Positions 21,682 to 31,621 are shown, counted from the first letter of the stretch. The stretch is DNA of 64,000 nucleotides from Candidatus Hermodarchaeota archaeon (GCA_048885925.1 JBHLLG010000001.1:259105-323104), one strand, 5' to 3'. Numbers and translations are program-made. The notes: generated from the letters alone by a model not told the origin.

Positions 21682-22890
21682 TTACTCAGTGTTTATTCCA
21701 ATCAATTGAAGCACATTCTCTATTTCACCCAAAATTTCTAATTTGGTTGCATCTCCAATCTCATGTTTTTCTATATTATCAATGATATGTTCTAAATTAT
21801 TTAATTGAGTAAAAATCCACTGAATATATGAATCGCACTCCTCAGTTGGAGAAGGCATAGGAACGGAAATGTCTTCTAAATCTGATTCAGACAAAATTTC
21901 TATTTCTGGCACCTTTGGTAATTCCATTGGGGGTGATTGTGGATAAATCTCCAATTTTTTTAGAATCTCATGAAGATCATCTCTATCTTCTTCTAATAAC
22001 GTATATCCTGAAACTTTCATACGAGCCCACTCCTGAATAAATTCTATAGGGATACCCTCCTTCCAATGATGATTTCGCAAATAATTATATAATTTCTGGG
22101 GCATGTATAATTCTTCTAATTCCAGATGGGCGGGATTGACCTTTTTCTCACGATAATCATGCATTAACAGGATAAATTCTTTCCCAAGCTGTTTATTTTT
22201 GGATACAATCGTTTCATATTCCTCAGAAAAATCTTTCACGACAGTCCGTGGTTTCAATCTAATCGAATTAATCTTGGGAATATCGATCTTATAAAATTGG
22301 CTGGTATAAGCAATAATTGAATGCCAATATTTTTTATCATAATCACTTAATATATTTGCTAAATTCTCTAAATTGCCCACTTGATTTAATTCTTCAAAAA
22401 TTCGTAATGCCACAATCTTAATTTTATGAATTCTATCTTGTAGGGTACCCACACTATCAAAATCTGAACATAATTTCTTTTCAAATTCTAATTCAGAATC
22501 CATAACATCATAGTTTAGGAATTGCCCACTTTTTTTGTTAAAGAATATAAAGGTGGATCCATTAGCTAAGTTGGAAACATTTTCATTCGAGTTAATAATA
22601 CAGCGAATTCCTTCTAATTGAATAATTTCTTTTACTTTCTCAGTTCTAGCATTATAAATAAAAAAAAGAGTAGGATTTTGGGAATATGAATTGGATTTTT
22701 CGAACTCAATAATCTCTTTTAAGTTATGGAGAGCTGTTGATTCCAAGTCTACAATATTATATCCTTCTCCAAATATTTCTAGAGAACGGAGATGTTTCAT
22801 ATCTATATACGGAAATATAACTAAATTTTTCTGCTGAAAAAATAAAATATTTAAAAATTCTGGTCGCAAAAAATCCATTCCTGTATCCAT
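21682..22890 (-). CDS. Hypothetical protein
   Basis: 402 aa ORF co-oriented downstream of the GTPase. Confidence 0.75.
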   Translation of the reverse strand: MDTGMDFLRPEFLNILFFQQKNLVIFPYIDMKHLRSLEIFGEGYNIVDLESTALHNLKEIIEFEKSNSYSQNPTLFFIYNARTEKVKEIIQLEGIRCIINSNENVSNLANGSTFIFFNKKSGQFLNYDVMDSELEFEKKLCSDFDSVGTLQDRIHKIKIVALRIFEELNQVGNLENLANILSDYDKKYWHSIIAYTSQFYKIDIPKINSIRLKPRTVVKDFSEEYETIVSKNKQLGKEFILLMHDYREKKVNPAHLELEELYMPQKLYNYLRNHHWKEGIPIEFIQEWARMKVSGYTLLEEDRDDLHEILKKLEIYPQSPPMELPKVPEIEILSESDLEDISVPMPSPTEECDSYIQWIFTQLNNLEHIIDNIEKHEIGDATKLEILGEIENVLQLIGINTE

Positions 22891-22930
22891 AATAACACCT
22901 GTTTTATATTGAATTATTCCTTAAATTGAG

Positions 22931-23623
22931 TTAACCCTTAAAATAATTGAAAAGTACATGAAGGATGAGATCTTTAAAACATTGAACCACATTTTTTCCT
23001 TGTAATGCTTCGGTTGGATAAACAATATATGTTCCATCTGGATATTTTTCTTGGAAGGGAAGCCCCAAATGAAGTTTAAAATCGGTAATAGGAATAGCAT
23101 TTTTTAAATCACGTTTGTTTAACTGGATCAAATAGGGAATATTCTTCGGCTTAGCAAAACTCACTAGCTCTCGAAAGCTTCTTTTATTCTGTTCTATTTT
23201 CTCTGGATCTGAATCCCCAACAAACATGATTCCATCCGCTCCGTCCAAAACATATTCACGAGTAGATAAAAACCGTTCCTGCCCTGTACATGTAACCACA
23301 TGACAAATAATATTAAACTTGACATCATGAAGATTAAACTTGAACAGTAAATAGAGTGAATCTTCCCATAGTGTTCTTCCTTCTGTAGTCTCTATTGAAT
23401 AACCTTTAGTCAATTTCAGCAGGTCAAACTTTTCTCTTAAGCGAAAGAAGTTTGTGGTTTTCCCGCTTTCACCTGGTCCCCAGTATACAATCTTAAACTG
23501 TATCATGTTTTTTGAATCATTGAAATCAAATTCTTCACTTAATTCCACTTTCTCTTTTCCTAAATCACTCTGTTCTGACTGCATTGTATCACCTGAAATG
23601 ATTTCTTTAGGAAATGGTGCCAA
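22931..23623 (-). CDS. mglA: MglA-family small GTPase
   Basis: KIVYWGPGESGKTTN, TCTGQ, LDGADGIMFVGDS, QLNKRDL. Confidence 0.85.
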   Translation of the reverse strand: MAPFPKEIISGDTMQSEQSDLGKEKVELSEEFDFNDSKNMIQFKIVYWGPGESGKTTNFFRLREKFDLLKLTKGYSIETTEGRTLWEDSLYLLFKFNLHDVKFNIICHVVTCTGQERFLSTREYVLDGADGIMFVGDSDPEKIEQNKRSFRELVSFAKPKNIPYLIQLNKRDLKNAIPITDFKLHLGLPFQEKYPDGTYIVYPTEALQGKNVVQCFKDLILHVLFNYFKG

Positions 23624-24206
23624 TTTTATCAGTAAATATCTCTTTTTTCAGCTCTTTAATATGGTCTTTCAGATCTTCCTCTGATAATTTGAGTTTATGT
23701 TGAATATATTCACTTTTTTCGATTTCTTCTTTGATCTTCTGCGCAAATTTGCTCATCTGAAGTATCATCACTCCTAGATTGACTTCTTTATCGGTTAAAA
23801 GTACAACTAAAATGTCTCTTTTCCCCTTTTTGTGGAGGTCAACATTGGTTATAGCCTTCACAAACAATTGCATATCACTATAAATAATTGTTGCCCGTTC
23901 CAACGACTCTGTTTCAAAGAAATCTTGACCTTGTCTAGCTACACCATAGAGTGCTGCTCCTATAGAGCTTAAATCCCAATAATTTAATTTTCGATCGAAT
24001 CGAGAGTCGATTGCGATAATTTTGGCGTCTTGATCAATCGTAATTAGTCCGTATATAATTCCTTTTCGAGTTAACTTACTATACTGGAATCTAATATCAT
24101 CTAAAACTTCAGTTATTTTATTTTGATATAATATTTTTGGAATATGAGTTATCATTTTCTCAAACTTATTCTTTAAATTATGTTTACATATTATTGGATT
24201 TTCCAT
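23607..24206 (-). CDS. Roadblock/LC7 (MglB-like) protein; ATG at 24155 is the likely start
   Basis: LITIDQDAKII...LSSIGAALYGVARQ...EVNLGVMILQM; overlaps the GTPase start. Confidence 0.7.
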   Translation of the reverse strand: MENPIICKHNLKNKFEKMITHIPKILYQNKITEVLDDIRFQYSKLTRKGIIYGLITIDQDAKIIAIDSRFDRKLNYWDLSSIGAALYGVARQGQDFFETESLERATIIYSDMQLFVKAITNVDLHKKGKRDILVVLLTDKEVNLGVMILQMSKFAQKIKEEIEKSEYIQHKLKLSEEDLKDHIKELKKEIFTDKIGTIS

Positions 24207-24260
24207 ATATAAAGAAAAAAAATTTAATTAATGTGATTCTAGAATATTTCTTAAGACAAT

Positions 24261-24557
24261 TTGGAGAAGATAATGACTTACTGTACAAATTGTGGTGTTA
24301 AATTAGAAGGAAATGAAAGTTTTTGTCCGCTTTGTGGAAAAACTTTAACTAGCGATATACATTCCACTAGTACGAATGAAATTGAATCCCTTAAAAGAGA
24401 AGTCGAAAGTTTAAAAGAACAGCTCAGAAAAAAGGATACATATATGCCAATACCTCAAAAAAAAACAGATACCACTTGTATTATATGCTGTGTAGTAGTG
24501 ATCTTATTGATGATTTTCTTTTCAATCATTCCGTTTATGCTTTTTTATAGTATGTAA
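24261..24557 (+). CDS. Zinc-ribbon, coiled-coil, C-terminal TM protein
   Basis: YCTNCG...FCPLCG, coiled-coil segment, CIICC-containing TM. Confidence 0.75.
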   Translation: MEKIMTYCTNCGVKLEGNESFCPLCGKTLTSDIHSTSTNEIESLKREVESLKEQLRKKDTYMPIPQKKTDTTCIICCVVVILLMIFFSIIPFMLFYSM

Positions 24558-24718
24558 AATCAAATAATCTCTAAATTTGAGTTTCTTTTGAAGTTTAGTT
24601 TTTTCTCATTAGAATAATGATTTTCTTTTATTATTACATTCCTCCGCATGTTCTGTTATAATGCATCTTAAATTTGTTATTCAAAAATTAAATAATGGTA
24701 TAAGAACACTTTTAAAAC

Positions 24719-25324
24719 CTATAAATTGTTCACATACTCCGTATTTAAGCCAAGTTTATTGCGAGTTCTATGGAATGCGTAGGCGGAACAACTACACAGC
24801 GCTCTTAAGTTGGTTTGGATTATTTTTTGCTCCTGTTGTTCATCTAATAAATCAGTAATAAAAATAACAACAGCTATTTGCGTCATAACCCGAGGCCAAA
24901 AAAATATCTGGTCGAGTTTCAATTTTAATCGCTTTGCATTTTCTTTAGCACGTTTATAATCAAAAATAGGAGCTAGACGGTAGAATTTATGTAAATATAT
25001 CTGAACTTTCCGATCTTGTCTCTTTGAACTAAGAATAGAGGGATTCTCATAAAGAAACTGTTTTAATCGTATTAAATTGACCAGAAATTCGCTGATAAAT
25101 TTATGAACAAGTACTTTGGGTATTTTGATTCTTTTACATATCTGATTATATTCCATCGATGTTAAAGCTCGTACTTTTTCTTGCTTTCCTAAAAAAGAAA
25201 TATTTCGAAATAAATAATTTAACACTAATGGCTTAATTTTATCCTGATCCTTGAAATATTTTGTGTAATAATCTTCTACCTCAGTTAGGTCAACTTCTTG
25301 TCTCTTTAATATCTGAGTCATCAC
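24719..25324 (-). CDS. Hypothetical protein, C-terminus resembles a TFIIB cyclin repeat
   Basis: QIAVVIFI...IIQTNLRALCSCSAYAFHRTRNKL resembles the TFB C-terminal HTH. Confidence 0.45.
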   Translation of the reverse strand: MMTQILKRQEVDLTEVEDYYTKYFKDQDKIKPLVLNYLFRNISFLGKQEKVRALTSMEYNQICKRIKIPKVLVHKFISEFLVNLIRLKQFLYENPSILSSKRQDRKVQIYLHKFYRLAPIFDYKRAKENAKRLKLKLDQIFFWPRVMTQIAVVIFITDLLDEQQEQKIIQTNLRALCSCSAYAFHRTRNKLGLNTEYVNNL

Positions 25325-25418
25325 TTTTCATGGGCTTTATCAAAGGCTTACTATACCCTAATAGCAAGAATATTTAAATAAAAAATTGGAAATCATTCTA
25401 AAATCACGTAAAATAATT

Positions 25419-26504
25419 TCACAATAACTTCATTTGTATTTTTTTTGGAGTCTTGCTTTGATGTTTGAAATAATCACGACATTTTGTATAATTATGTTCT
25501 AACTTCTCTAGGTTTTGTAAAACTCGTACTTTATTTAAAAAATGTTCTTGACATAATAAAGCTAAGATTCTTTCCTTATCGGGAAAATTCCAATATAAAA
25601 TTCCTATATTTTCATTTATATCAGGAGCTAAAAAGATTGCTCTAATTTTTTTAATTGTTTTGGGTTTAAGAGTACCAAAATCATAGTTTAAATGTTCTTT
25701 AAGAATTAAATTCTCAAGGGTAATATATTTTCTAATAAGAGTCAACGCTTTTTTTGATCCGATTCCTTTGATCCCTGGAAAATAATCAGTTCCAATTAAT
25801 ATTGCTATATCTACCAATTGAAAAATGGTAATCCCTAAATTCTCTAAATTTTTATGTAAATCAATTTTTAAAGGTTGAATTTTCTCATACCTCCATTTGT
25901 TCTGAATTTTTCTTCTCATAGATTTTGAAAGATTTTGAATTACAAAAGGGCACCCAAATAATAATGAATCGAAATCTTGAGAGTTTGAAAAGTCAACGAT
26001 TTTTTTTCTCACTAAATATGCACATTGTGATTCTGCTGAGGCTGGTGATTCAATATATGGTACTCCTAATGCTCCAAGAAGGTGTTTCGATTCTAAGATT
26101 ATGTTATGCCACATATATTCCTTACTTAAGGCAATCTGACTTGCTAAAGAGGTGTTTCCACTTTTCATTGCTTGTTTGTACCACTTCTGCGTGAATCGAA
26201 AATCATTGAGTTGATCTTTCGTAATAATTCTTTTTAATTCAGATACCTTTCCATCAAAACAAAAAATCGGGAAAATGTTTTTGGAATAATAAAAACTCAC
26301 ACGATACAAAATCCCGTATAGATGAGAAATTGGTCTTTGAGTTCTATCCAAGATTAGCTCGGCATAGGTTCCATCTGGATTTTTCCGAGCAAAACTAAAT
26401 AAACCCATAATAATATTGGGGGCATCGATGGCAATGATTTTCCCTGCTAATTCGGGAAAGTTAATTTCTTTCCGGACAATGATATTTTGCAATTTTACTC
26501 CCAT
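25419..26504 (-). CDS. fen: Flap endonuclease FEN1/XPG family, divergent
   Basis: MGVKL start, IAIDA, FCFDG, SQDFDSLLFG, GTDY..GIKGIG. Confidence 0.9.
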   Translation of the reverse strand: MGVKLQNIIVRKEINFPELAGKIIAIDAPNIIMGLFSFARKNPDGTYAELILDRTQRPISHLYGILYRVSFYYSKNIFPIFCFDGKVSELKRIITKDQLNDFRFTQKWYKQAMKSGNTSLASQIALSKEYMWHNIILESKHLLGALGVPYIESPASAESQCAYLVRKKIVDFSNSQDFDSLLFGCPFVIQNLSKSMRRKIQNKWRYEKIQPLKIDLHKNLENLGITIFQLVDIAILIGTDYFPGIKGIGSKKALTLIRKYITLENLILKEHLNYDFGTLKPKTIKKIRAIFLAPDINENIGILYWNFPDKERILALLCQEHFLNKVRVLQNLEKLEHNYTKCRDYFKHQSKTPKKIQMKLL

Positions 26505-26689
26505 GAAATTGTGTACGAATATGATTATAAAAAGAAAAAAAAGAGTTGAATAAACTAATTCGCTCAAACCTATTTAGATTAATTTAATTCTAAAAAATAT
26601 AATAACAATTAAATAATAATCTTCCTTAATTTTTATTTAACCCATTATTTCGTAATTTATTTAAAAATTTTTGTAGAAATCCAATAATT

Positions 26690-27013
26690 TTGAAAAGGGG
26701 TATGAAAATGCCAAAATATTTTGTAATTCATCCATTTGATAAAAGGTTTCAAGAAGCGATAATAGACCTTCCTCCTGAGAAAAACAAATTAATGCAAGAT
26801 TTAAAAGCCAATTGTACGGATGATGCTGATTGGATAAGAAGTTGGGCAGTACCAGAACAAGAAAAGTTCTATTGTGAATGGGATGCAAAAAGTCCTGAAG
26901 CAATTCGTGAAGTATTTGATAAAATTGGAGGTACAGCAATAGACGCAATTTATAAACTACATATTTTAGAAGCAGAAGATTTTAAGAAAAAGGTCTTGAC
27001 TGAACCAATTTAA
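26690..27013 (+). CDS. DUF4242-like protein
   Basis: WIRSW...KFYCEWDAKSPEAIREV. Confidence 0.7.
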   Translation: MKRGMKMPKYFVIHPFDKRFQEAIIDLPPEKNKLMQDLKANCTDDADWIRSWAVPEQEKFYCEWDAKSPEAIREVFDKIGGTAIDAIYKLHILEAEDFKKKVLTEPI

Positions 27014-27164
27014 CCATAGGATTTGAAGGCTGAGGTTCTTGAAGGAGTTTTGGTGGTTTAATTTAATTCAATTTAGTAAATTAGTTTAATTTTGTAACTT
27101 TGTTCCCATATTATCTTTTATTTAATCCAAAAATATAAAAAGAAAAAAAAGGAGTTAAGGTTTT

Positions 27165-27227
27165 TTACCATCCTTTAATTAGATGGTATAGACGTGTTAA
27201 TCGGCAGAAAAATCGTATTTTCATCAT
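27165..27227 (-). CDS. Candidate 20-aa peptide MMKIRFFCRLTRLYHLIKGW (or small RNA)
   Basis: Own TATA at 27275-27282, adjacent GGTGA, T-rich tract downstream. Confidence 0.3.
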   Translation of the reverse strand: MMKIRFFCRLTRLYHLIKGW

Positions 27228-27312
27228 TCACCTTCAAGTTTGTAATTATAGCTGAATAGTAGATCAAGCACGAGTATTTAAAAAAAAAGTAAAATTTTAG
27301 GGAAAAAAGAGA

Positions 27313-27555
27313 TTATTCGTCAAAATCTTTTTCCAGAGATCTAAAGAATTCTTTACGAGTATTTTTATCTTTTAATTCTTCAAAAGCATCCATAAATCCC
27401 TCCAGTTCATCCTCTGATAAAATATCCTCATCTTCAATATCACTATCAAGATCTTCTTTAAAAAAAATCCGTCCGCATTCCTGACATTCTATATAATCAT
27501 CATATTCGATAATATTATCCGATTGGCATCGCGGACAGTAATATTCCGAAGGCAT
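27313..27555 (-). CDS. Small TFIIB-type Zn-ribbon protein with acidic tail, paralog B
   Basis: MPSEYYCPRC...CQECG; same 80-aa length as paralog A. Confidence 0.8.
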   Translation of the reverse strand: MPSEYYCPRCQSDNIIEYDDYIECQECGRIFFKEDLDSDIEDEDILSEDELEGFMDAFEELKDKNTRKEFFRSLEKDFDE

Positions 27556-27871
27556 CCGAGGATTGAATCTCATACAGATTTGAATACTAATTAGTATTAT
27601 AGCTGAAAATAAAAACTTATCATAATCTCTAATAATAACAATAAATATCGAAAATTGCATAGAAGTTCGTTTTTCACTACATTCTATAATTTATGCATTT
27701 ATAATAACCATGCTTATTTAAATGAAAAGTGCTGCTTCTAAGTCGAGGTTTTTTCTTTAAAAAGAATAGGCATTAGAGTATCACTAAAAGAATAATATGA
27801 AGTGAATGTAAATTACTAAAGAAGAATATCATGTTATAGGACTGAGACCTGTTTCTCATTCAAGAATAATT

Positions 27872-28189
27872 ATGTATATTTTATTTGGAATCTTGGTGTT
27901 TGTGGTTATTTTCTTTCCTATTTATGGACTTACATTGAGATATTATATAGGGTATATACTACAAAGGGTTTTTGATATTATTGGGTATTATTCTTTAATA
28001 GGAGGAGGATTTTTATTGTTACTTTGTATAATAGGACTTTTTGTAGGAAGACGTATAACATACCATTATTTTATACTGGCGATTGTACTTTTATGGATAG
28101 GTGGGTGGTGTACTGGACAAGTAATCGAACTATTTGGGATTGCGATTAACGAATCTACTACTTCACAAGGAACTCCAGGATACCACTAA
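27872..28189 (+). CDS. Small membrane protein (3 TM)
   Basis: Hydrophobic ORF. Confidence 0.7.
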   Translation: MYILFGILVFVVIFFPIYGLTLRYYIGYILQRVFDIIGYYSLIGGGFLLLLCIIGLFVGRRITYHYFILAIVLLWIGGWCTGQVIELFGIAINESTTSQGTPGYH

Positions 28190-28204
28190 CAAGGTTTTTT
28201 TAAT

Positions 28205-28435
28205 TTAATAAATTCTGAAATATTTGATTCCCGTATGGAGGCCACACACAGTTAATAGAATAATTGAGACTACAATTACGCTTATCATTTTGTGACGTTG
28301 AAATTGTCCAAGAAAAAGCCAACCTAAAATCCCAACAATTAATCCGAGTAAACCTATGATTGAGCCTAAAGCCATTAGGAATTCAATACCTCCTCCAATC
28401 CCATCAAAATAATCAAATATCATAATATTATTCAA
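28205..28435 (-). CDS. Small 2-TM protein, VirB2/TrbC/CedA1 pilin-like architecture; ATG at 28423 is the likely start
   Basis: About 72 aa; amphipathic N-terminus and two hydrophobic helices joined by a basic loop (QRHK). Confidence 0.55.
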   Translation of the reverse strand: MNNIMIFDYFDGIGGGIEFLMALGSIIGLLGLIVGILGWLFLGQFQRHKMISVIVVSIILLTVCGLHTGIKYFRIY

Positions 28436-28447
28436 TAGGACACGATC

Positions 28448-28490
28448 TTTATAAACAAAAAATCACCATTCTTCTTTTTTTCTTTATATA
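28448..28490. promoter_or_regulatory. Back-to-back T-tract/TTTATAWA promoters
   Basis: Minus TTTTTTGTTTATAAA and plus TTTTTTTCTTTATATA between divergent genes. Confidence 0.55.
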
Positions 28491-28538
28491 ATTTAGAATT
28501 ATTCCTTCATAACAACAACAAATAATCATCAATCTTAT

Positions 28539-28856
28539 ATGAGAAAATTAGATGAAATTGGTATTTGTCCCAATTGTGACTGTTCGCTTTCAATCTATAA
28601 AACGCAAAATTACAAGCGATTTGTAAAGTGTGAAATTTGCGGGTTCTCATATGCCTTACCAAAGCGGGGTTCACTCGAAAACTCTGCATTATTATGCCCA
28701 AAGAATAACCTTCCTATCTTAATTGTAAATAAAAAAGGGCAGAAGGCGTATTTTTGGACTGAACAGCCCTGTTTTAGTTGCGTGAAATATGATAAATGCG
28801 AAACGGTTCACGATTTAATTTCTGAATTCGAAGAATTAGAGGTGCATGGCTATTAA
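28539..28856 (+). CDS. Multi-Cys zinc-ribbon protein (topoisomerase C4-type-like)
   Basis: CPNC...FVKCEIC...CPK...CFSC..C. Confidence 0.75.
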   Translation: MRKLDEIGICPNCDCSLSIYKTQNYKRFVKCEICGFSYALPKRGSLENSALLCPKNNLPILIVNKKGQKAYFWTEQPCFSCVKYDKCETVHDLISEFEELEVHGY

Positions 28857-29847
28857 AAAATATGGATTATTCGGATTAATTTTAATCATAGGACTCTTTA
28901 TTCCTCTGAATTTCATTGTTAGCATTTCTGAAGAAAATCCCATAAATTCTAACTTAAAGACCGGCAGCACGGATACAATTATAATTGATAAGGTATATAA
29001 TTTCACAGTAGCAAATCCCACTTTGGAATTTCATGAAAATATCTTTCTAAAAAAGTATTATTATTACTATATTACGGTTACAGTTGTTTCGCCTCATGCG
29101 TGTAATATGAGTATTATTCTATGGGATCCTGAAGGAGATCAATTTGATATTACGTATGAAATCAACATAACGCAAGATGATTACCGGGAAATACCTTTCG
29201 GAACAGTTATGGAAGGAAATTACAGCATGCAATTTACAGCAGATCTTACTTATAATCTAAATGTCCATATTATCATTGAACGTGGGGATAAATGCATATA
29301 TGAAAAAATAGAATTGCAAGAAAGAGAAGATATTATCTATTACAACATCTCAAAATTTGATAATGGAAAGACCATTGAGTTCACTTACGATTTTAAGACT
29401 GATCGATACTATGAATTCTTTTTCGAAAGAGTTTCTACAATTTCAGGACAATTAAGCAATTATGTGGGAATGGACCATGATATCTTAGATTCACAAGGAA
29501 TTACCTTTATCATATATCGAAATGAATCTCTGGGATATACTTATTACTTTTTTGGAACTGCTGTAGAAGGGTTGTGTACAATGAATATCACTATCTATTG
29601 CGATGTCGAGTGGGTGAATGTTGCCTATGTCGTGGTCTATAAAGGGCGCTTAACAGATACAGTCGATCCAAACGATCCTCTTCCGCCTCCTTCTGACGAT
29701 CCTCCCAGTAATACTACAAGTGGGGGAATAGAAGCATTTATTCCGTTTGAAGGGACAGTCACCGTTGTAATTTTAGCAGGGTTAGCCGTATTTATTCCAT
29801 GTGTTATTACTTTATACAAGAGAAAAAAGAATGTAGGAACTTTCTAA
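28846..29847 (+). CDS. Secreted beta-rich protein with Pro-rich linker and C-terminal TM anchor
   Basis: Signal-like N-terminus, DPNDPLPPPSDDPP linker, TM followed by KRKK. Confidence 0.75.
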   Translation: MAIKKYGLFGLILIIGLFIPLNFIVSISEENPINSNLKTGSTDTIIIDKVYNFTVANPTLEFHENIFLKKYYYYYITVTVVSPHACNMSIILWDPEGDQFDITYEINITQDDYREIPFGTVMEGNYSMQFTADLTYNLNVHIIIERGDKCIYEKIELQEREDIIYYNISKFDNGKTIEFTYDFKTDRYYEFFFERVSTISGQLSNYVGMDHDILDSQGITFIIYRNESLGYTYYFFGTAVEGLCTMNITIYCDVEWVNVAYVVVYKGRLTDTVDPNDPLPPPSDDPPSNTTSGGIEAFIPFEGTVTVVILAGLAVFIPCVITLYKRKKNVGTF

Positions 29848-29910
29848 ATTTTAAATATTATTCTGTTCAATAAAAATAAATAACATAATTAAGATTAATT
29901 AATCAAGAAA

Positions 29911-30066
29911 ATGAAAATAAAAAACTTGAATAGGTCTGTAGAGTATAAGCCTCATGAAAATATGAGTGGAGAAATTAAGGAGAATTTTCCTCCTATTTTC
30001 ATTAGTGTAATACTACCCTTAGGTATTATGTTAATCCTCTTATTAATATTTGCTATAGGAGTTTAA
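29911..30066 (+). CDS. Candidate 51-aa tail-anchored membrane protein
   Basis: MKIKNLNRS...FPPIFISVILPLGIMLILLLIFAIGV; not in the ORF track. Confidence 0.4.
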   Translation: MKIKNLNRSVEYKPHENMSGEIKENFPPIFISVILPLGIMLILLLIFAIGV

Positions 30067-30345
30067 TAACAGTTAATAAAAATGAAATCAATCCAAAATA
30101 AATTCTGCTGGAGGAAATTTCATTATAAAATTCACTTTTCTAATTTTTTGTCTTATTATTACATAGGATATATCCAATTATAAATGATAATGCTTTTTAC
30201 TTGTTTTTTTTTCAATTTATTCCTGTATTTTCTCAAATATCGAATTTAAGAAATAACTGCTTATCAGAGATTAAATATTGCAACACATCAATGATTAAGA
30301 AACACCGATACTCTTTTTTAATTGCTCATACAAAAAAACTAAGAT

Positions 30346-31563
30346 TTAGGTATTCATTAATACTCTTGCATTCTTCTGCCACTCACTCACTGTTTTTACT
30401 GAAGCACCGTTCATCCGTGCTGATAATTCTTCAGGATCAGCTACTAATAAATCTGCTATCGAGTTTATACCTTGTGCTTTTAGATTTTCAAATGTTCCTT
30501 TTCCAATGCCTTTTACTTGGGTTAACAGAACCTCCTCATTCTCGGGTTGCTCTGGATCAGTATCTTCATACAAGGATTCTACTTTAAAATCTAACCCTTG
30601 TCCTTCTGGAAGTTCTATATTATCGGTATCAGCAACCCCAACTCCTGTAATAAAGAATTCACATTCTTCAGGTGGGAGATCAGGAGCATCTACGATAACT
30701 GCTCTACGTTTTAATGAATTATTGGAAGAAAATCCTTTAGTCTTAAACATCACACGAAAGTGACACCCATGAGCTACGATATTTCCCCCTATGGCATCAT
30801 CCCCAGAGAACATTCCGACCATTTTCACAGCTACTTGATTGGTAAGCAGCACGGCACAGCTATAGGTTTCAGCTATTCGAGATAACGCGTGAATCATGTT
30901 ATTTAGGACTGCTTGTCGAGGGGCTAGATGACCTATGCCTACATATTCAGCACGGAGTAATGCCGTTAAACTATCTATAATTAGTAATCGTACACCACGA
31001 GTCTTACACAAAGCCTCAGCTTTTTGGATCATTTGGACCTGATGATCAGATGAGAAGATCCTGGCATGATAAATTTTCGAAAGTACATTCTGAGGATTTA
31101 ATCCAAATCGTTTGGCAATCCGTTTTATTTTTTCTTTAGAAAAGGTATTTTCACTGTCAATATAGGCAACTGAACTGCTTAACCCTCCCTTTTTCTCTGG
31201 AAGCTGAACGGTAACTGATATAGTATGAGCTAAAGCGGTTTTTCCTGATTTAAACGGTCCATATACTTCCGTTAATTTTCCCGTTTGAAAGCCTCCTCCT
31301 AAAATTCTATTTAATTCGGCAGATCCCGTAGTAATGTACTCAACATGGTCATCAATCTTAGCAGCAGGAGTAAAATCGGTCATTCCAAGGGCATTCCGTG
31401 CATTCCAGATAAGTTTCTGTGATGTTTTATCTCCAAGCCCATCGATGGCAGAGACAGTAGAGTGTGGAGTCATGGCAAGGGCTTCAGCAGTACTGATTCC
31501 GTTTTCTTCTAAAAGCTTGATATGGCGCGGTTTAATATCTTTTACCTTGCTTAGTTCTGACAT
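30346..31563 (-). CDS. radA: RadA/Rad51-family recombinase with extra C-terminal HhH domain
   Basis: N-terminal HhH, FTPA polymerisation motif, GPFKSGKT, LIIDS, TNQV, GGNIVAH. Confidence 0.9.
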   Translation of the reverse strand: MSELSKVKDIKPRHIKLLEENGISTAEALAMTPHSTVSAIDGLGDKTSQKLIWNARNALGMTDFTPAAKIDDHVEYITTGSAELNRILGGGFQTGKLTEVYGPFKSGKTALAHTISVTVQLPEKKGGLSSSVAYIDSENTFSKEKIKRIAKRFGLNPQNVLSKIYHARIFSSDHQVQMIQKAEALCKTRGVRLLIIDSLTALLRAEYVGIGHLAPRQAVLNNMIHALSRIAETYSCAVLLTNQVAVKMVGMFSGDDAIGGNIVAHGCHFRVMFKTKGFSSNNSLKRRAVIVDAPDLPPEECEFFITGVGVADTDNIELPEGQGLDFKVESLYEDTDPEQPENEEVLLTQVKGIGKGTFENLKAQGINSIADLLVADPEELSARMNGASVKTVSEWQKNARVLMNT

Positions 31564-31621
31564 TCCTTTTTTATATCATCTCTTTTCTTTAATTTTGATT
31601 ACTCAATAGTTATATCCAAAC

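Noticed and set aside
27221-27227. AUGAUGA as a C box of a C/D sRNA
   Set aside because: No downstream CUGA D box found
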